Assembly: GCA_964016885.1 (NCBI GenBank)
Contig: OZ024743.1
Span: forward strand, 354,392,001 to 354,456,000
DNA length: 64,000 bases
Direction of reading: 5' to 3'
From: Eledone cirrhosa
Taxonomy: Eukaryota
Position numbers and translations under genes: made by a program. Each line of letters starts with the position of its first letter. Position 1 is the first letter of the stretch. This document shows positions 61,700 through 64,000 of the stretch, piece by piece. Below the pieces are notes generated by a model. That model was not told the DNA's origin. It saw only the letters and a list, made by a program, of their open reading frames with translations, and ran no database searches.

Positions 61700-64000
61700 C
61701 TGATGATTGTCCTCATGCTGGTTGTTGTTAGTGGTAGAGATTGAGGATTTTGTGATTCTGGTAATGGTGATGCTGATGATTGTCCTCATGCTGGTTGTTG
61801 TTGGTGGTAGAGATTGAGGTTTTTGTGATTCTGGTAATGGTGATGCTGATGATTGTCCTCATGCTGGTTGTTGTTAGGTGGTAGAGATTGAGGTTTTTGT
61901 GATTCTGGTAATGGTGATGCTGATGATTGTCCTCATGCTGGTTGTTGTTGGTGGTAGAGATTGAGGTTTTTGTGATTCTGGTAATGGTGATGCTGATGAT
62001 TGTCCTCATGCTGGTTGTTGTTAGTGGTAGAGATTGAGGTTTTTGTGATTCTGGTAATGGTGATGCTGATGATTGTCCTCATGCTGGTTGTTGTTGGTGG
62101 TAGAGATTGAGGATTTTGTGATTCTGGTAATGGTGATGCTGATGATTGTCCTCATGCTGGTTGTTGTTGGTGGTAGAGATTGAGGTTTTTGTGATTCTGG
62201 TAATGGTGATGCTGATGATTGTCCTCATGCTGGTTGTTGTTAGTGGTAGAGATTGAGGTTTTTGTGATTCTGGTAATGGTGATGCTGATGATTGTCCTCA
62301 TGCTGGTTGTTGTTAGTGGTAGAGATTGAGGTTTTTGTGATTCTGGTAATGGTGATGCTGATGATTGTCCTCATGCTGGTTGTTGTTGGTGGTAGAGATT
62401 GAGGTTTTTGTGATTCTGGTAATGGTGATGCTGATGATTTTCCTCATGCTGGTTGTTGTTGGTGGTAGAGATTGAGGTTTTTGTGATTCTGGTAATGGTG
62501 ATGCTGATGAATGTCCTCATGCTGGTTGTTGTTAGTGGTAGAGATTGAGGTTTTTGTGATTCTGGTAATGGTGATGCTGATGATTGTCCTCATGCTGGTT
62601 GTTGTTGGTGGTAGAGATTGAGGTTTTTGTGATTCTGGTAATGGTGATGCTGATGATTGTCCTCATGCTGGTTGTTGTTAGTGGTAGAGATTGAGGTTTT
62701 TGTGATTCTGGTAATGGTGATGCTGATGATTGTCCTCATGCTGGTTGTTGTTAGTGGTAGAGATTGAGGATTTTGTGATTCTGGTAATGGTGATGCTGAT
62801 GATTGTCCTCATGCTGGTTGTTGTTGGTGGTAGAGATTGAGGTTTTTGTGATTCTGGTAATGGTGATGCTGATGATTGTCCTCATGCTGGTTGTTGTTAG
62901 TGGTAGAGATTGAGGTTTTTGTGATTCTGGTAATGGTGATGCTGATGATTGTCCTCATGCTGGTTGTTGTTGGTGGTAGAGATTGAGGTTTTTGTGATTC
63001 TGGTAATGGTGATGCTGATGATTGTCCTCATGCTGGTTGTTGTTGGTGGTAGAGATTGAGGTTTTTGTGATTCTGGTAATGGTGATGCTGATGATTTTCC
63101 TCATGCTGGTTGTTGGTGGTGGTAGAGATTGAGGTTTTTCTGATTCTGGTAATGGTGATGCTGATGATTGTCCTCATGCTGGTTGTTGTTGGTGGTAGAG
63201 ATTGAGGTTTTTGTGATTATGGTAATGGTGATGCTGATGATTGTCCTCATGCTGGTTGTTGTTGGTGGTAGAGATTGAGGTTTTTGTGATTCTGGTAATG
63301 GTGATGCTGATGATTGTCCTCATGCTGGTTGTTGTTGTTGGTAGAGATTGAGGTTTTTGTGATTCTGGTAATGGTGATGCTGATGATTGTCCTCATGCTG
63401 GTTGTTGTTGGTGGTAGAGATTGAGGTTTTTGTGATTCTGGTAATGGTGATGCTGATGATTGTCCTCATGCTGGTTGTTGTTGGTGGTAGAGATTGAGGT
63501 TTTTGTGATTCTGGTAATGGTGATGCTGATGATTGTCCTCATGCTGGTTGTTGTGTTGGTGGTAGAGATTGAGGTTTTTGTGATTCTGGTAATGGTGATG
63601 CTGATGATTGTCCTCATGCTGGTTGTTGTTAGTGGTAGAGATTGAGGTTTTTGTGATTCTGGTAATGGTGATGCTGATGATTGTCTTCATGCTGGTTGCT
63701 GTTGGCGATAGAGATTGAGGTCTTTGTGATTCTGGTAATGGTGATGCTGATGATTGTCTTCATGCTGGTTGTTGTTGGTGATAGAGATTGAGGTTTTTGT
63801 GATTCTGGTAATGGTGATGCTGATGATTGTCCTCATGCTGGTTGTTGTTAGTGGTAGAGATTGAGGTTTTTGTGATTCTGGTAATGGTGATGCTGATGAT
63901 TGTCCTCATGCTGGTTGTTGTTGGTGGTAGAGATTGAGGTTTTTGTGATTCTGGTAATGGTGATGCTGATGATTGTCCTCATGCTGGTTGTTGTTAGTGG
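61700..64000. repeat. Satellite domain D, second occurrence
   Basis: Frequent GTTAGT monomers return, with GAGGATTTT at 61747, 62113 and 62770. Confidence 0.7.

Larger units (their letters stand above)
1..64000. repeat. 73-bp tandem satellite array, about 878 monomers, one orientation, extends beyond both window edges
   Basis: The consensus recurs every 73 bp from base 1 to 64000, usually with 0-4 substitutions per copy. The last monomer starts at 63999, and 63998 = 878x73 - 96. This matches my indel tally: 52 single-base deletions + 42 + 6 deleted, minus 4 inserted bases. No unique sequence or inverted copy seen. Confidence 0.99.

Noticed and set aside
4573-63645. Plus-strand hydrophobic ORFs of 60-82 aa (MSSCWLLLVVEIEVFVILVMVMLM...) as small membrane proteins
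   Set aside because: Hydrophobicity follows from the G/T-rich triplets. They start at non-ATG codons and appear only at shifted monomers.
1076-63690. Minus-strand ORFs of 66-146 aa (Thr/Ile-rich and His/Gln/Asn-rich) as genes
   Set aside because: All are translations of the monomer. They pass the length cutoff only where a 1-bp indel or a substitution bypasses the single TGA. There is no unique sequence, domain or gene context.
1-64000. CRISPR array (73-bp period resembles repeat plus spacer)
   Set aside because: The entire unit is conserved, so there are no unique spacers. There is no leader or cas gene, and variation is scattered point change.
1-64000. Telomerase-type telomeric repeat
   Set aside because: Although G/T-rich, the unit is far longer than telomerase repeats I know of and lacks a TTAGGG-like core. 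Variants are inherited in multi-monomer blocks, which points to recombination rather than template copying.
1-64000. Trypanosoma brucei 70-bp VSG-associated repeats
   Set aside because: Only the length is similar. Those repeats are AT-rich with TAA triplet runs, while this monomer is about 42% GC and no VSG gene is in view.
1-64000. Fungal RIP signature
   Set aside because: TG/CA dinucleotides remain very abundant and intact across copies, with no broad shift to TA.
1-64000. Purely synthetic or sequencing-artifact concatemer
   Set aside because: Rare variants recur in ordered blocks at several nested offsets with small differences between copies. This fits an evolved array better than random error on one template, though local misassembly remains possible.

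Overview
The whole 64 kb window is one uninterrupted, head-to-tail, single-orientation tandem array (satellite DNA) of a 73-bp monomer, consensus GGTAGAGATTGAGGTTTTTGTGATTCTGGTAATGGTGATGCTGATGATTGTCCTCATGCTGGTTGTTGTTGGT (T31 G25 A11 C6, no CpG). Counting phase by hand gives about 878 units, and the array runs off both window edges. I find no credible gene, RNA gene, transposon or CRISPR array; every ORF in the track is a translation of the monomer. The information lies in the variants. There are four variant-defined domains (A, B, C, D), nested higher-order repeats from 3 to 72 monomers, and an apparent duplication at about 30 kb scale. There is also one 42-bp deletion and a cluster of suspect insertions near the right end. 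The monomer is a degenerate (GNT)n triplet repeat plus one extra base, so all three minus-strand frames read the same 73-codon cycle with a single TGA. I cannot identify the organism or satellite family, and I cannot support a new gene system from this window. Domain and duplication boundaries were read by eye and are approximate.
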